64,000 nucleotides of DNA, from contig CAYHHH010000008.1 of NCBI GenBank assembly GCA_964356125.1, forward strand, positions 4,337-68,336, written 5' to 3'. The notes beneath the pieces were generated by a model. That model was not told the origin of the DNA. It did no database searches and saw only the letters and a list, made by a program, of their open reading frames with translations. Shown here in pieces: positions 55,029-64,000 of this stretch (the stretch's first letter is position 1; the number at the start of each line of letters is the position of its first letter). A program made the position numbers and the translations under genes. This DNA is from an uncultured Bifidobacteriaceae bacterium (lineage in GTDB: Bacteria; Acidobacteriota; Vicinamibacteria; Vicinamibacterales; JAMQPK01).

Positions 55029-55859
55029 ATGACAGACGACATGCAAACGGTTGAACAGCGCAAGCTCGAAGAGATTGCCTTCCACGACAAGCTCCGTGAA
55101 GGCCAGCACGAACAACGCTGGTCGCCAGAGGCCGAAGCCCGAGTCAAGGACGATCCGCTATGGTCGAATTTCAAGTTCTATTCGATCGAAGCCGATAGCC
55201 TCGCACTCATGCGAAAGTGGGTTGGTGAGCGGCTGCCTGGTGCGACCGTGTTGGACTACTGTTGTGGCAATGGCGACGAGGCTCTGGCGGCCGGTCACAA
55301 CGGTGCCCGGCGCGTCACCGGCATCGACATCTCGCCGGTGTCGATCGATAACTGCCGTGGGCGCGCGCAGCTGGAAGGCTTGAGCGGGGTGATCGACTTC
55401 CAAGTAATGGATGCCGAGGCGCTCGATTTCCCGGACGCCCATTTTGACCTGATCATGGAATACGGCGTTCTTCATCACCTGGAACTCGACAAGGGGATGG
55501 CCGAACTCGCACGGGTAATGAAACCGGGCGGCGCCATGGTGTGCACCGAAACGCTGGGCCACAACCCTCTGATCCGTTGGTATCGCCGCCGCACTCCTGA
55601 CCTGCGGACGGCGTGGGAGGTCGAGCACATTCTGACCCGCCCCAGCTTCGAAATCATGCGACGGCACTTCGGAAAAATAGAGATGTCGTTCTTCCATTTG
55701 GCGACCTTAGCCGCCGTCCCGTTGCGGCACACCCCCCTGTTTGGACCGGCGCTGGCGGTGCTGCGGGCGGTGGACCGCGCCGCACTGAGTGTGCCGGGCC
55801 TCCAGTGGCACGCCTGGCAGATCGTCTTCAAGCTTTCGGAGCCGATCCGTCGTGGCTGA
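55029..55859 (+). CDS. Class I SAM-dependent methyltransferase
   Basis: VLDYCCGNG motif I, GIDIS, FDLIMEYGVLHH and MKPGGAMV. Confidence 0.85.
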   Translation: MTDDMQTVEQRKLEEIAFHDKLREGQHEQRWSPEAEARVKDDPLWSNFKFYSIEADSLALMRKWVGERLPGATVLDYCCGNGDEALAAGHNGARRVTGIDISPVSIDNCRGRAQLEGLSGVIDFQVMDAEALDFPDAHFDLIMEYGVLHHLELDKGMAELARVMKPGGAMVCTETLGHNPLIRWYRRRTPDLRTAWEVEHILTRPSFEIMRRHFGKIEMSFFHLATLAAVPLRHTPLFGPALAVLRAVDRAALSVPGLQWHAWQIVFKLSEPIRRG

Positions 55860-57069
55860 CAGCGCTCCGCGCAGCGATCGGTTGCCGTCGCTGGCGCCCG
55901 ACGACGAGCCATCGCTGGCCTCATATGTGCCGATGGTGCTGACCCACGTCAGGATGGTGACCTTGGTCACCGTCATCGCCGCACTGACCGCCACCGCGTG
56001 GGTGTGGGACACGCCGCTGCGTTATCGTGCCGCGGCGCGGCTCGTCGTCACTCCGCCGCGGGTGCCTGACGCCGCGGCGGAAGGTATGGGGATCAGCGTC
56101 AACAACTTCCGCACGCTGCTCGAGGGCGATCGGCTCGTCAGTCAGGTCATCGCCGAAACCGGGCTCGACAAGCCTCCGTATAACCTCACGCCGAGCACAT
56201 TTCGACGAGCGATCCTGAGTATTCAGACGTTGCGCGACACGCGAATCATCGAGGTTGCCGTCACCCTTCGCGATGCGGCGAAAGCAGCAGAAGTCGCTGG
56301 AGTGGTCTGTCGAATTGCGATGGAGTTGTGGCAGCGGTTGGCCTCCGGCGAGGGCGCGAGCACGCGCGACGCCTTGACGAAACAGATTGGGAACGCCGGC
56401 TCCGAATATGACCGGGCGAACGCAAAGGTCAGGGCGTTTCTCCGGGCCGAACGGCCCGAACAGGCGAAGGTTGAAGCCGAACTCTACCTTGAACACCTGA
56501 AACGACTCAAGGGAGTGAGTCAACAGATAGCGATCATCGAGGCACGCAACGATGCGACGGCGAAGGGCTTGAACGGCCAAGAGAAATTCCGCACCGCGCC
56601 ACAAGCGATTCGCCCCGATGAAGCGGAGATTGCCCTCCGCGATGAGGCCGTCAGCGCGTTCATCAACCCGACCTACGAAGTCCTGGCCCGTGAATTGGCC
56701 CAGGGTCGCGTGGCCGTGGCTGGATTGCGCCGCGAAGAACAGGAACTCACTGCGAGAGTTCGGCCCGGGACGGACGGCTCGACGCCGTTGACTCGGCAGG
56801 CATTGGTGGAATCTACGCAGGCGCGCCTGCTGAACCAGGAAGCTCTCGCGCGACAAACCACGGAAGCGCTGGCAAGCCTTCTCGCTGGCGCCGAGGTCAG
56901 CGGTCTCCAGCGTGCCGCGCAGGTTCAGATTCTAGACGAACCGCGCGTTCCCGATGAGCCCCTGCCGCGGCTCCGGTTGCAGCGCGTCGCGGCGGCGTCG
57001 GGGGTGGCCTTGGTCCTCGCTGCGTTGGTGGCGGTGTTTCTAGAGCTGTTTCGTTTCCGTCGTACCTAG
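55852..57069 (+). CDS. Polysaccharide co-polymerase / chain-length determinant (Wzz/GumC-like, no kinase domain)
   Basis: TM helix MVTLVTVIAALTATAWVW, a long coiled-coil-rich periplasmic region and a C-terminal TM VALVLAALVAVFLELF. GTG 55852 chosen; start uncertain. Confidence 0.7.
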   Translation: MADSAPRSDRLPSLAPDDEPSLASYVPMVLTHVRMVTLVTVIAALTATAWVWDTPLRYRAAARLVVTPPRVPDAAAEGMGISVNNFRTLLEGDRLVSQVIAETGLDKPPYNLTPSTFRRAILSIQTLRDTRIIEVAVTLRDAAKAAEVAGVVCRIAMELWQRLASGEGASTRDALTKQIGNAGSEYDRANAKVRAFLRAERPEQAKVEAELYLEHLKRLKGVSQQIAIIEARNDATAKGLNGQEKFRTAPQAIRPDEAEIALRDEAVSAFINPTYEVLARELAQGRVAVAGLRREEQELTARVRPGTDGSTPLTRQALVESTQARLLNQEALARQTTEALASLLAGAEVSGLQRAAQVQILDEPRVPDEPLPRLRLQRVAAASGVALVLAALVAVFLELFRFRRT

Positions 57070-57077
57070 GATGGGTG

Positions 57078-57106
57078 TTGATTCGTTCACACCTGTCGTT
57101 TAGTGT
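57078..57106 (+). promoter_or_regulatory. Candidate sigma70-type promoter upstream of the transaldolase module
   Basis: TTGATT (57078-57083), a 17-nt spacer, then TAGTGT (57101-57106), in one of the few AT-rich non-coding patches. The -10 match is weak (3/6). Confidence 0.25.
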
Positions 57107-57166
57107 ACTATGTTGGACGCTGGGATCGCTCGCGTCCCCGTCAATGGCCGGCGACTTCGCGCCCAA

Positions 57167-57883
57167 ATGGACCTGATGGATAACCTCCAGATCAAGATCT
57201 TCGCCGACGGCGCCGAACTCGCCGGGATGCTGCAGTTCTATCGCGAACCGTACATCAAGGGATTCACGACGAACCCCACACTGATGCACAAGGCCGGCAT
57301 CCGCGACTATGCCGGGTTTGCGAGGGAGATCTTGGCGGCGATACCCGATCGTCCGATTTCCTTTGAAGTGTTTTCCGACGAGTTCGACGAGATGGAGCGC
57401 CAGGCGCGCGCGATCGCGTCGTGGGGCCAGAACGTCTACGTCAAGATCCCGGTCACCAATACGCGCCGCGAGCCGGCTTACAGGCTGATTCGCAGGCTGT
57501 CCGAGGCCGGCGTGCAGGTCAACGTCACCGCACTGATGACACTGGCGCAGGTCCGCGACGTGGTGGAGGCGGTCAAGGATGGAGCGCCCTCGAACATCTC
57601 GGTCTTTGCCGGCCGCATCGCCGACACCGGCCGCGATCCGGTGCCCCTGATGGCGGCCGCAGTTGCGCTGTTACAGTTGGCGCCCCGAGCCGAGTTGATC
57701 TGGGCGAGTCCGCGCGAACTGCTGAATATTTACCACGCCGATTCGGTCGGCTGTCACATCATCACCGTCACGCACGACGTGCTCAAGAAATTGTCGCTCG
57801 TGGGTAAGAACCTCGACGACTATTCATTGGATACCGTGCGCATGTTTCATACTGACGCCCAGCGTGCGGGCTTCGCCCTCTGA
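57167..57883 (+). CDS. Transaldolase-family protein (short Fsa/TalC-like type)
   Basis: IKIFADGA, GFTTNPTL and VYVKIPVT (Schiff-base lysine region). Start ambiguous (ATG 57110, 57167 or 57176). Confidence 0.8.
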   Translation: MDLMDNLQIKIFADGAELAGMLQFYREPYIKGFTTNPTLMHKAGIRDYAGFAREILAAIPDRPISFEVFSDEFDEMERQARAIASWGQNVYVKIPVTNTRREPAYRLIRRLSEAGVQVNVTALMTLAQVRDVVEAVKDGAPSNISVFAGRIADTGRDPVPLMAAAVALLQLAPRAELIWASPRELLNIYHADSVGCHIITVTHDVLKKLSLVGKNLDDYSLDTVRMFHTDAQRAGFAL

Positions 57884-57895
57884 GCACAGCCCAGC

Positions 57896-58696
57896 TTGAC
57901 TCCTGACTTCCTCGCCCTCACCGAGATCGCTGGCGACGACGTAACCACCGAGCAGGTAGAGCGTCTGGCCCGTCGCTACTACTGGGCGGAGCCGTACTGC
58001 CGTGAACGCGATGTCGTCGAAGTGGCCTGCGGCACTGGCCAGGGCGTCGGCCACCTCGCCCGCCACGCGCGCTCCATGGCGGCCGGCGACTACACCGAGC
58101 CGTTGCTCGCGATCGCTCGACGTCACTACGGCGCTCGCTTTGACTTCCAGCACTTCGACGCGCAGCAAATGCCGTTTGCGGACCGCTCGCGGGACGTGAT
58201 CGTGATCTTCGAGGCGCTGTACTACATTCCGTCTCTGGACCGATTCTTTGCCGAATGCGCCCGGGTGCTGCGCCCGGGCGGCGTGCTGCTGATTGCCAGC
58301 GCCAACAAGGACTTGTTCGACTTCAATCCGAGCCCGGACAGCTATCGTTACCTCGGTGTCTGCGAGTTCGAGGATGAACTCGCGCGCTTTGGGTTCGCGA
58401 CGACCTGCTACGGTGATACTCCGGTCGGTAAAGTGTCGGCGCGCCAGCAGCTGCTGCGGCCGGTCAAAGCCATGGCTGCCAGGCTCGGCCTGATTCCCAA
58501 ATCGATGAAGGGCAAGAAGCTCCTCAAGCGCCTGGTGTTCGGCGGGCTGGTGCCGATGCCGGCGGAGATCACGGCCGCGACCGCGCCGGCGGTGGCCCCG
58601 ACGCCGTTGCCCGCAGGCCGGCCCGACACGGATCACAAGGTTATTTTTTGCGTCGCCACGCTCGTTCCTGATGGCCCCACTCCTCTGCAATCCTGA
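57896..58696 (+). CDS. Class I SAM-dependent methyltransferase
   Basis: VVEVACGTGQG motif I, VIVIFEALYY and LRPGGVLLI. TTG start. Confidence 0.8.
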   Translation: MTPDFLALTEIAGDDVTTEQVERLARRYYWAEPYCRERDVVEVACGTGQGVGHLARHARSMAAGDYTEPLLAIARRHYGARFDFQHFDAQQMPFADRSRDVIVIFEALYYIPSLDRFFAECARVLRPGGVLLIASANKDLFDFNPSPDSYRYLGVCEFEDELARFGFATTCYGDTPVGKVSARQQLLRPVKAMAARLGLIPKSMKGKKLLKRLVFGGLVPMPAEITAATAPAVAPTPLPAGRPDTDHKVIFCVATLVPDGPTPLQS

Positions 58697-58705
58697 CTTG
58701 CCCCA

Positions 58706-59818
58706 ATGACGCCCCGCTCGATTCCATTCTTTCCATATCCGCAGTTGTTCATGAGCCAGGAACACGAGTTACTGGCCGTCATGACCGACGTGTGCCGCCG
58801 TGGCGCTTACATTCAGCAGAGGGACTGCCGTGAGTTCGAGTCGGCGCTGGCGGCGTTTACCGGCGCCAAGCACGCCTTTGGCGTCGCGAACGGCACCGAC
58901 GCGATCATCATCGGTTTGAAGGCGGCCGGCATCGGCCCCGGCGACGAGGTCATTCTGCCGTCGCATACCTACATTGCGACCGCCGCATCCGTGCACATGG
59001 TCGGAGCAATCCCAGTGCTCGCCGAGTGCGGCGCCGACCACATGCTCGACGCGGCCGATGCCGAGTCGCGCGTGACCCCGCGTACCAAGGCGATCATGCC
59101 GGTGCAGGTGAACGGCCGGACCTGCGACATGGATGCCATGGCGGTGGTCGCGACGCGCAACAATCTTCTGATCTGTGAGGACGCGGCGCAGGGCCTCGGC
59201 TCCCGCTTCAATGGTCGGAGCGCCGGCACCTTCGGCGTGTTCGGAACTATCAGTTTCTATCCGGCCAAGCTGCTGGGCTGCTTCGGCGACGGCGGCGCAA
59301 TTCTCACCAACGACGATCGCGTCGCTGGCCAGATTGCCCTGCTCCGGGATCACGGCCGCAACGACGACGGCCGGGTCGTGGCGTGGGGCTACAACTCCCG
59401 CCTCGACAACCTGCAGGCCGCCGTCCTCAATCACAAACTCAGATCGTTCCCCGCCGACATCGAGCGCCGCCGCGCCATCGCCGCGCAGTATCAGTCCGGG
59501 CTCGGTGACCTCGCAGAGCTGAACCTGCCGCCCGCGCCCGGCGCCGACCCTCGCCATTTTGATGTCTACCAAAACTACGAGTTCGAAGCCGATCGTCGAG
59601 ATGCGCTGAAGGCTCACCTCGAGCAGCAGGGCGTGCGGACCATCATCCAATGGGCCGGCACGCCGGTGCATCAGTTCCGCGAACTGGGCTTTACCGTTGA
59701 ACTGCCGGTCACCGACGCGTTCTTCGCGCGCTGCCTGATGCTGCCGATGAACGTGGCCCTGAGCGACGAGGACGTCGCCTACGTGATCGCCGCGATCAGG
59801 AGTTTCTATGGCAGGTAG
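58706..59818 (+). CDS. DegT/DnrJ/EryC1/StrS-family PLP-dependent sugar aminotransferase
   Basis: ANGTDAIIIGL, CEDAAQG and ISFYPAKLLG (PLP lysine). Confidence 0.9.
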   Translation: MTPRSIPFFPYPQLFMSQEHELLAVMTDVCRRGAYIQQRDCREFESALAAFTGAKHAFGVANGTDAIIIGLKAAGIGPGDEVILPSHTYIATAASVHMVGAIPVLAECGADHMLDAADAESRVTPRTKAIMPVQVNGRTCDMDAMAVVATRNNLLICEDAAQGLGSRFNGRSAGTFGVFGTISFYPAKLLGCFGDGGAILTNDDRVAGQIALLRDHGRNDDGRVVAWGYNSRLDNLQAAVLNHKLRSFPADIERRRAIAAQYQSGLGDLAELNLPPAPGADPRHFDVYQNYEFEADRRDALKAHLEQQGVRTIIQWAGTPVHQFRELGFTVELPVTDAFFARCLMLPMNVALSDEDVAYVIAAIRSFYGR

Positions 59819-59821
59819 CCG

Positions 59822-60871
59822 ATGACCTGGCGGAACCTCGGCGAGCTCGCCGACCCGGCGCTGCGCCACGGCCCCATCGACATCAGCGACGAGACACCGG
59901 AAGTACTGATCCCGCAGCTGCGCTCGATGCTGCGGATCCGCCGTGCCGAGCAGCACCTCGCCCTGCACCGCCAGGCCGGCCTGATTGGCGGCCCGGTCCA
60001 CCTGGGTGTCGGTCAGGAAGCGGTGGCCGTCGGTGTCTCGCGGCACCTCCGCCCGTCGGATCGCATCTTCGGCGCCCACCGATCGCATTCCCACGTCCTC
60101 GCCCTTGGCTCAAGCCTGCGCGGCCTGTTCGCTGAAGTACTGGGCAAGAGCACTGGCCTGGCGCGCGGGATGGGAGGCTCAATGCACTTGTGGGATCAAC
60201 CGCGCGGGTTTTTTGGTTCGGTGCCGATCGTGGCCGGCGCCGTGCCGCTGGCGGTCGGCGCCGGACTCGCCGCCAAACTGCAGGGCACTGACGATGTGGC
60301 GGTGAGCTATTTCGGTGATGGCGCCGTTGAGGAGGGCGCAGTCCACGAGTCGCTCAATCTCTCGCGCATGCTGAAGGCACCGGTGATCTTTGTCATCGAA
60401 AACAATCTGTTCTCAAGTCACATGGAGATCCGCCTGCGACAGCCATTCACCTCGACCGCTCGTTTCGCGGCCGTGAACGACATGCCGGCTGAGGTGGTTG
60501 ATGGCAACGATGTGGCCGCAGTCGGCGTCGCCGCCGAACGGCTGGTGGCTCGAGCGCGACGGGGAGAGGGACCAGGCCTCATCGAGGCCGTGACCTTCCG
60601 CTGGTACGGCCACGTCGATCACCGTGAGGACATCGACGTCGGTGTTAATCGTTCGACTGAAGATTTGGCCAATTGGCGCGCGCGCGATCCGGTTTCGCGG
60701 CTGGTCATGGCGATGGAAGAACGCGGGTGGTGGTCGGCGACCCGTCACGAATCGCTGCTGGCCGAAATCGACGCTGAAGTGACGACGGCGTGGGATCAAG
60801 CCATGCAAGATCCGTATCCAGACGCTGACACCCTGCTCGGTTGCGTCTACGCGAAGGCGCCGCGGCGATGA
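59822..60871 (+). CDS. Thiamine-diphosphate-dependent dehydrogenase E1 component, alpha subunit (stand-alone, no E2/E3 in window)
   Basis: HLGVGQEAVAVG, MGGSMHL and TPP-binding YFGDGAVEEGAVHESLN...VIFVIENN. Confidence 0.9.
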   Translation: MTWRNLGELADPALRHGPIDISDETPEVLIPQLRSMLRIRRAEQHLALHRQAGLIGGPVHLGVGQEAVAVGVSRHLRPSDRIFGAHRSHSHVLALGSSLRGLFAEVLGKSTGLARGMGGSMHLWDQPRGFFGSVPIVAGAVPLAVGAGLAAKLQGTDDVAVSYFGDGAVEEGAVHESLNLSRMLKAPVIFVIENNLFSSHMEIRLRQPFTSTARFAAVNDMPAEVVDGNDVAAVGVAAERLVARARRGEGPGLIEAVTFRWYGHVDHREDIDVGVNRSTEDLANWRARDPVSRLVMAMEERGWWSATRHESLLAEIDAEVTTAWDQAMQDPYPDADTLLGCVYAKAPRR

Positions 60872-61869
60872 CACCTGCTACGCAGCGATTCAACTACGGG
60901 ACCGCCATTCTCGCGGCCTTCGAGTACCTGCTGAGCACACACCCGGAAGTCTTCGTCATCGGCCAGGGACTGTGGAGTCCCTGGTATGTCGGCAACTCGA
61001 TGACCGAGCTGGACAAGAAGTTCGGGGCCCATCGGGTGATCGATACACCGGTCTCGGAACTGGCCTGTACGGGTGCCGGCGTCGGCGCCGCTCTCGCCGG
61101 GATGAAGCCGATCGTCGTGCATCCGCGCGTCGACTTCATGCTCTACGCCATGGACTCGGTCGTCAACCAGGCCGCCAAGTGGAGTCACATGTTCGGGGGG
61201 CAGGCGCATCCGGGCGTCACGATCCGAGCGATCATCAATCGCGGCGGTGAACAGGGCGCCCAGCACTCACAAGCCTTGCACGCGTGGTTTGCCCACGTGC
61301 CGGGCCTTCGCGTCGTGATGCCGGCCACGGTCGCCGATGCGCGTGACCTGCTGGTGGCTGCGGTGCTGTCGCCCGATCCGGTGATCTACATAGACGATCG
61401 CTGGCTCTACGATCAGGAGGAGGAACTGGCGCCCATCACCGTCCTCGATCTTTCGACGGAGGGACCGCGTTGCCTCGCGGAGGGCAGCGACCTGACCATT
61501 GCCGCCGCCGGCTTTTCAGTTCGACTCGCGATGCAAGCCCGCGAGATCCTGCAGTCGTGTGGCGTGTCAGCGGAAGTCGTTGACATTCGCGTCCTCAACC
61601 CATTTCAACCGGAGGTGGTGGTCACCTCTGTGTCCAAGACGGGCCGGCTGCTCGTGGTTGATGGTGGCTGGCGCAATGGCGGCTTCGCCGGCGAAGTGAT
61701 GGCGTCGGCGGCCGAACGCCTCGAGCCGTCTGTGTGGCTGGCCAAGCCGGCTCGTGTGACACTGCCAGATGCTCCCGCGCCGTCGTCGCGTGTCCTCGAA
61801 GAAATCTACTACCCGACACCGAACGCGGTGGTTGCCGCCGCTCTGGCGATGGTTGGTCGCCGGCAGTGA
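60868..61869 (+). CDS. Thiamine-diphosphate-dependent dehydrogenase E1 component, beta subunit (transketolase-like)
   Basis: ATG 60868 ATGA-coupled. VIDTPVSELACTGAGVGAA, MPATVADARDLL and the C-terminal transketolase domain VVDIRVLNPF. Confidence 0.9.
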   Translation: MTPATQRFNYGTAILAAFEYLLSTHPEVFVIGQGLWSPWYVGNSMTELDKKFGAHRVIDTPVSELACTGAGVGAALAGMKPIVVHPRVDFMLYAMDSVVNQAAKWSHMFGGQAHPGVTIRAIINRGGEQGAQHSQALHAWFAHVPGLRVVMPATVADARDLLVAAVLSPDPVIYIDDRWLYDQEEELAPITVLDLSTEGPRCLAEGSDLTIAAAGFSVRLAMQAREILQSCGVSAEVVDIRVLNPFQPEVVVTSVSKTGRLLVVDGGWRNGGFAGEVMASAAERLEPSVWLAKPARVTLPDAPAPSSRVLEEIYYPTPNAVVAAALAMVGRRQ

Positions 61870-62609
61870 TCAAACGGCTGCTGGACATCGTGGCCGCCGT
61901 GGCCGGGCTGGTGCTTGCATCACCGGTCATGCTGCCCGTCATGTTCCTGGTGTGGCGGCAGGATGGCCACTCGCCCTTCTACGTCGCGCCCCGGGTTGGC
62001 GAGGGGGACCAGGTGTTCCGAATGATCAAACTGCGTTCGATGATCAAGAACGCTGATCGTACCGGCGTCGATTCCACCGGTGCCGACGACCAGCGCATCA
62101 CTCCGGTGGGCCATTTCATCCGGCGGTACAAGCTCGACGAAATCACCCAGCTGTGGAATGTTCTGAAGGGCGACATGAGCTTGGTGGGTCCGCGCCCGAA
62201 CGTCAAGCGGGAGACAGACTTGTACACGCCGATCGAGCGGCGGTTGCTCGAGGTCAAGCCCGGCATCACCGACTTCTCGTCGATCGTGTTTTCGGACGAG
62301 GGTGAGATTCTTCGCGACCAGCCCGATCCCGACATCGCTTACAACCAGCTGATCCGGCCGGGCAAGAGTCTGCTTGGCCTCTTCTATGTACAGCACCGGA
62401 GCCTGTGGGTCGATGTGAGATTATGCGTCCTCACGCTCGTGGCAGTCGTATCGCGTCGCCGTGCGTTGTCGGGAGTCCACGCGATGCTCCACGGCCTTGC
62501 GGCGCCCATTGAACTGTTGGCGCTCGCGTCGCGCCAGGCACCGCTGGTGCCGATGCCGCCGCCAGGAGCGACGCGGCTCGTGACCTCGCGTGACGGCAGC
62601 TGGACCTAA
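61866..62609 (+). CDS. Small monotopic phosphoglycosyl transferase (PglC/WbaP C-terminal domain family), initiating undecaprenyl-phosphate sugar-phosphate transferase
   Basis: GTG 61866 GTGA-coupled. KRLLDIVAAVAGLVLASPV re-entrant helix, FRMIKLRSM, DEITQLWNVLKGDMSLVGPRP and PGITD. Confidence 0.9.
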   Translation: MIKRLLDIVAAVAGLVLASPVMLPVMFLVWRQDGHSPFYVAPRVGEGDQVFRMIKLRSMIKNADRTGVDSTGADDQRITPVGHFIRRYKLDEITQLWNVLKGDMSLVGPRPNVKRETDLYTPIERRLLEVKPGITDFSSIVFSDEGEILRDQPDPDIAYNQLIRPGKSLLGLFYVQHRSLWVDVRLCVLTLVAVVSRRRALSGVHAMLHGLAAPIELLALASRQAPLVPMPPPGATRLVTSRDGSWT

Positions 62610-63973
62610 AAGAAGCGCCGCAACACGAACGACAGAGCGTAGGCGTGGAACCCGCCGCACATCACTAGCAGAACCAGCGCCCTCCATCGCACCGGCCTGA
62701 TCGCCGGGCTCGGGCTCGCGACCACCGCCGGTGCGATCCAGGTAATCGCGAGCAGAACCAGGAACCAGCCGATCAAGTAACGGCCGTGCAGGTTGGCCTT
62801 CAAGGCGTACGCAGTGACACCGTACGCCGCGATGGTCAGCAGCAGGCCGGCGACGGCCACTCCCAGAGCCGCGAATCGGCGGAGGTTGCCGGTGGTCGCC
62901 GTATGGATCGACAGCGCCATCACCATGATGCCGGTCACCAGGACCAGCAAAGTGGTGTAGAGCGGGCCCGGCATCGTGTCGAGCGAGCCGAACCCGATCC
63001 AGAAGGCGTTCGCCATGAACGTGCTGTGCGCAGTCAGCCGGAACATGCTCGCCGCCGTGGAGACGACATCCCAGGCGTGACTGCCGAGGGAAGGGACGAT
63101 CGGGCTCTCGATGTTCTGAACGTCGGGCAAGCGTATCGCCAGGGACGCGATGAATGAGGCCGCGACCGCCAGCGCCGCTACGCCGAGCAACGTGCGGGCC
63201 GCCGGCAGGAACAGTGGCCGGCCCCGCAGTGCGACCGCTGCCCCCAGCGGCTTGAGTCCAGCCTCGAGCCCCCAGCCGGCGATGCATGCTGCGGGGATCA
63301 GCCAGACCAACGTTGACCAGCTCATTGCCGTCCCGACGAACCCGGCGGTCTGTTCAGGCGTCAAACCCACGAGGGCGGATAGTCGGGCCGCGGAGGGATG
63401 GGTGGCAACGAGCGCGACATACTGTTGGAAGTCTGGATTCCACAGCGCCACGCCGAGCGCCGTCGCCCCCGCTGCGAATCCAGTCCAGAACACCCCTGCG
63501 CTCCGCAGGGAGTGAGCCCCCCGGCCGGAGCCGACCAATACCCGGATCGCCAGGCTGGTGATCACCATCGGCACCATGGGCAGCGAACTGCGCGCGCCGC
63601 CGAGCAACGCCGCCGACGCCAAGCCGAGCGGCAATCCCACCCAATGGGCGCGGGTGTCGCCCAATGCGACGACGACGACGCCGGCAGCAAGCAGGGTGTA
63701 GACCGAGGTCAACAATGACGCCTCTGAAAACGTCATCGCAAACGATGGCACGGCCGGCGCGAACAAGAACGACAGACAGATCAATTGGGCGTAGGGCGCA
63801 CCGGTGAGGTTGGCCAGGAGGCCCGCCGACACCGCAACTGCTGCTCCGAATAGAACCGCGTTGACGAGGCGCATCGCCAAGAACAGGCGCGCCACGGACT
63901 GGTTGGGGAGCCATCTGCTGGTGAGTGTCCAGAACCCGGCAGTCAGACTGCTGCGTGCGCCGGTCGGCGCCAC
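62606..63973 (-). CDS. Polytopic membrane protein (DUF2142/GT-C-like candidate), probably 5'-truncated by the window edge
   Basis: At least 11 hydrophobic segments. The reading frame stays open from the GTG at 63973 to position 64000, so the true start may lie outside the window. Convergent with the cluster. Confidence 0.5.
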   Translation of the reverse strand: MAPTGARSSLTAGFWTLTSRWLPNQSVARLFLAMRLVNAVLFGAAVAVSAGLLANLTGAPYAQLICLSFLFAPAVPSFAMTFSEASLLTSVYTLLAAGVVVVALGDTRAHWVGLPLGLASAALLGGARSSLPMVPMVITSLAIRVLVGSGRGAHSLRSAGVFWTGFAAGATALGVALWNPDFQQYVALVATHPSAARLSALVGLTPEQTAGFVGTAMSWSTLVWLIPAACIAGWGLEAGLKPLGAAVALRGRPLFLPAARTLLGVAALAVAASFIASLAIRLPDVQNIESPIVPSLGSHAWDVVSTAASMFRLTAHSTFMANAFWIGFGSLDTMPGPLYTTLLVLVTGIMVMALSIHTATTGNLRRFAALGVAVAGLLLTIAAYGVTAYALKANLHGRYLIGWFLVLLAITWIAPAVVASPSPAIRPVRWRALVLLVMCGGFHAYALSFVLRRFF

Positions 63974-64000
63974 TTCGAAAGATGGTGCGTCGGGATAGGG

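Overview
High-GC bacterial segment (hand counts of sample 60-nt lines are mostly 62-75% GC). Almost the whole window is one co-directional surface-glycan biosynthesis super-cluster of about 62 plus-strand genes (25-62609). At least 24 junctions are 4-nt ATGA/GTGA start-stop overlaps. One convergent membrane-protein gene (62606 to the window edge) closes it. Content I can recognise: (1) a pseudaminic-acid core (pseB, pseC, pseI, GNATs); (2) a second, divergent NeuB-like synthase cassette (aldo-keto reductase, NeuB-like, SpsF-like cytidylyltransferase, class-III aminotransferase); (3) a KdsB-like cytidylyltransferase block whose only C-C bond-forming enzyme is an HpcH/HpaI pyruvate aldolase; (4) a complete PAPS sulfation module (sat, cysC, sulfotransferase, CysQ-like) interrupted by a pyruvate-kinase paralog and a small YD-repeat protein; (5) an FkbH-type loader with a distant ACP and a MaoC-SDR fusion; (6) a transaldolase, aminotransferase and stand-alone TPP E1 alpha/beta module; (7) eight methyltransferases, two asparagine-synthase homologs, three glycosyltransferases and two large GT-B-like orphans; (8) mixed assembly and export parts (Wzt-like ABC, PglK/MsbA-like ABC, Wzy/ligase-like protein, Wzz-like protein, PglC-like initiating transferase, PglF-like dehydratase). 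I saw no rRNA, tRNA, CRISPR, transposase, integrase or phage genes. A lower-GC block at about 11.7-16.9 kb suggests mosaic assembly. All functional calls rest on motif and family recognition by eye. No database search was run.
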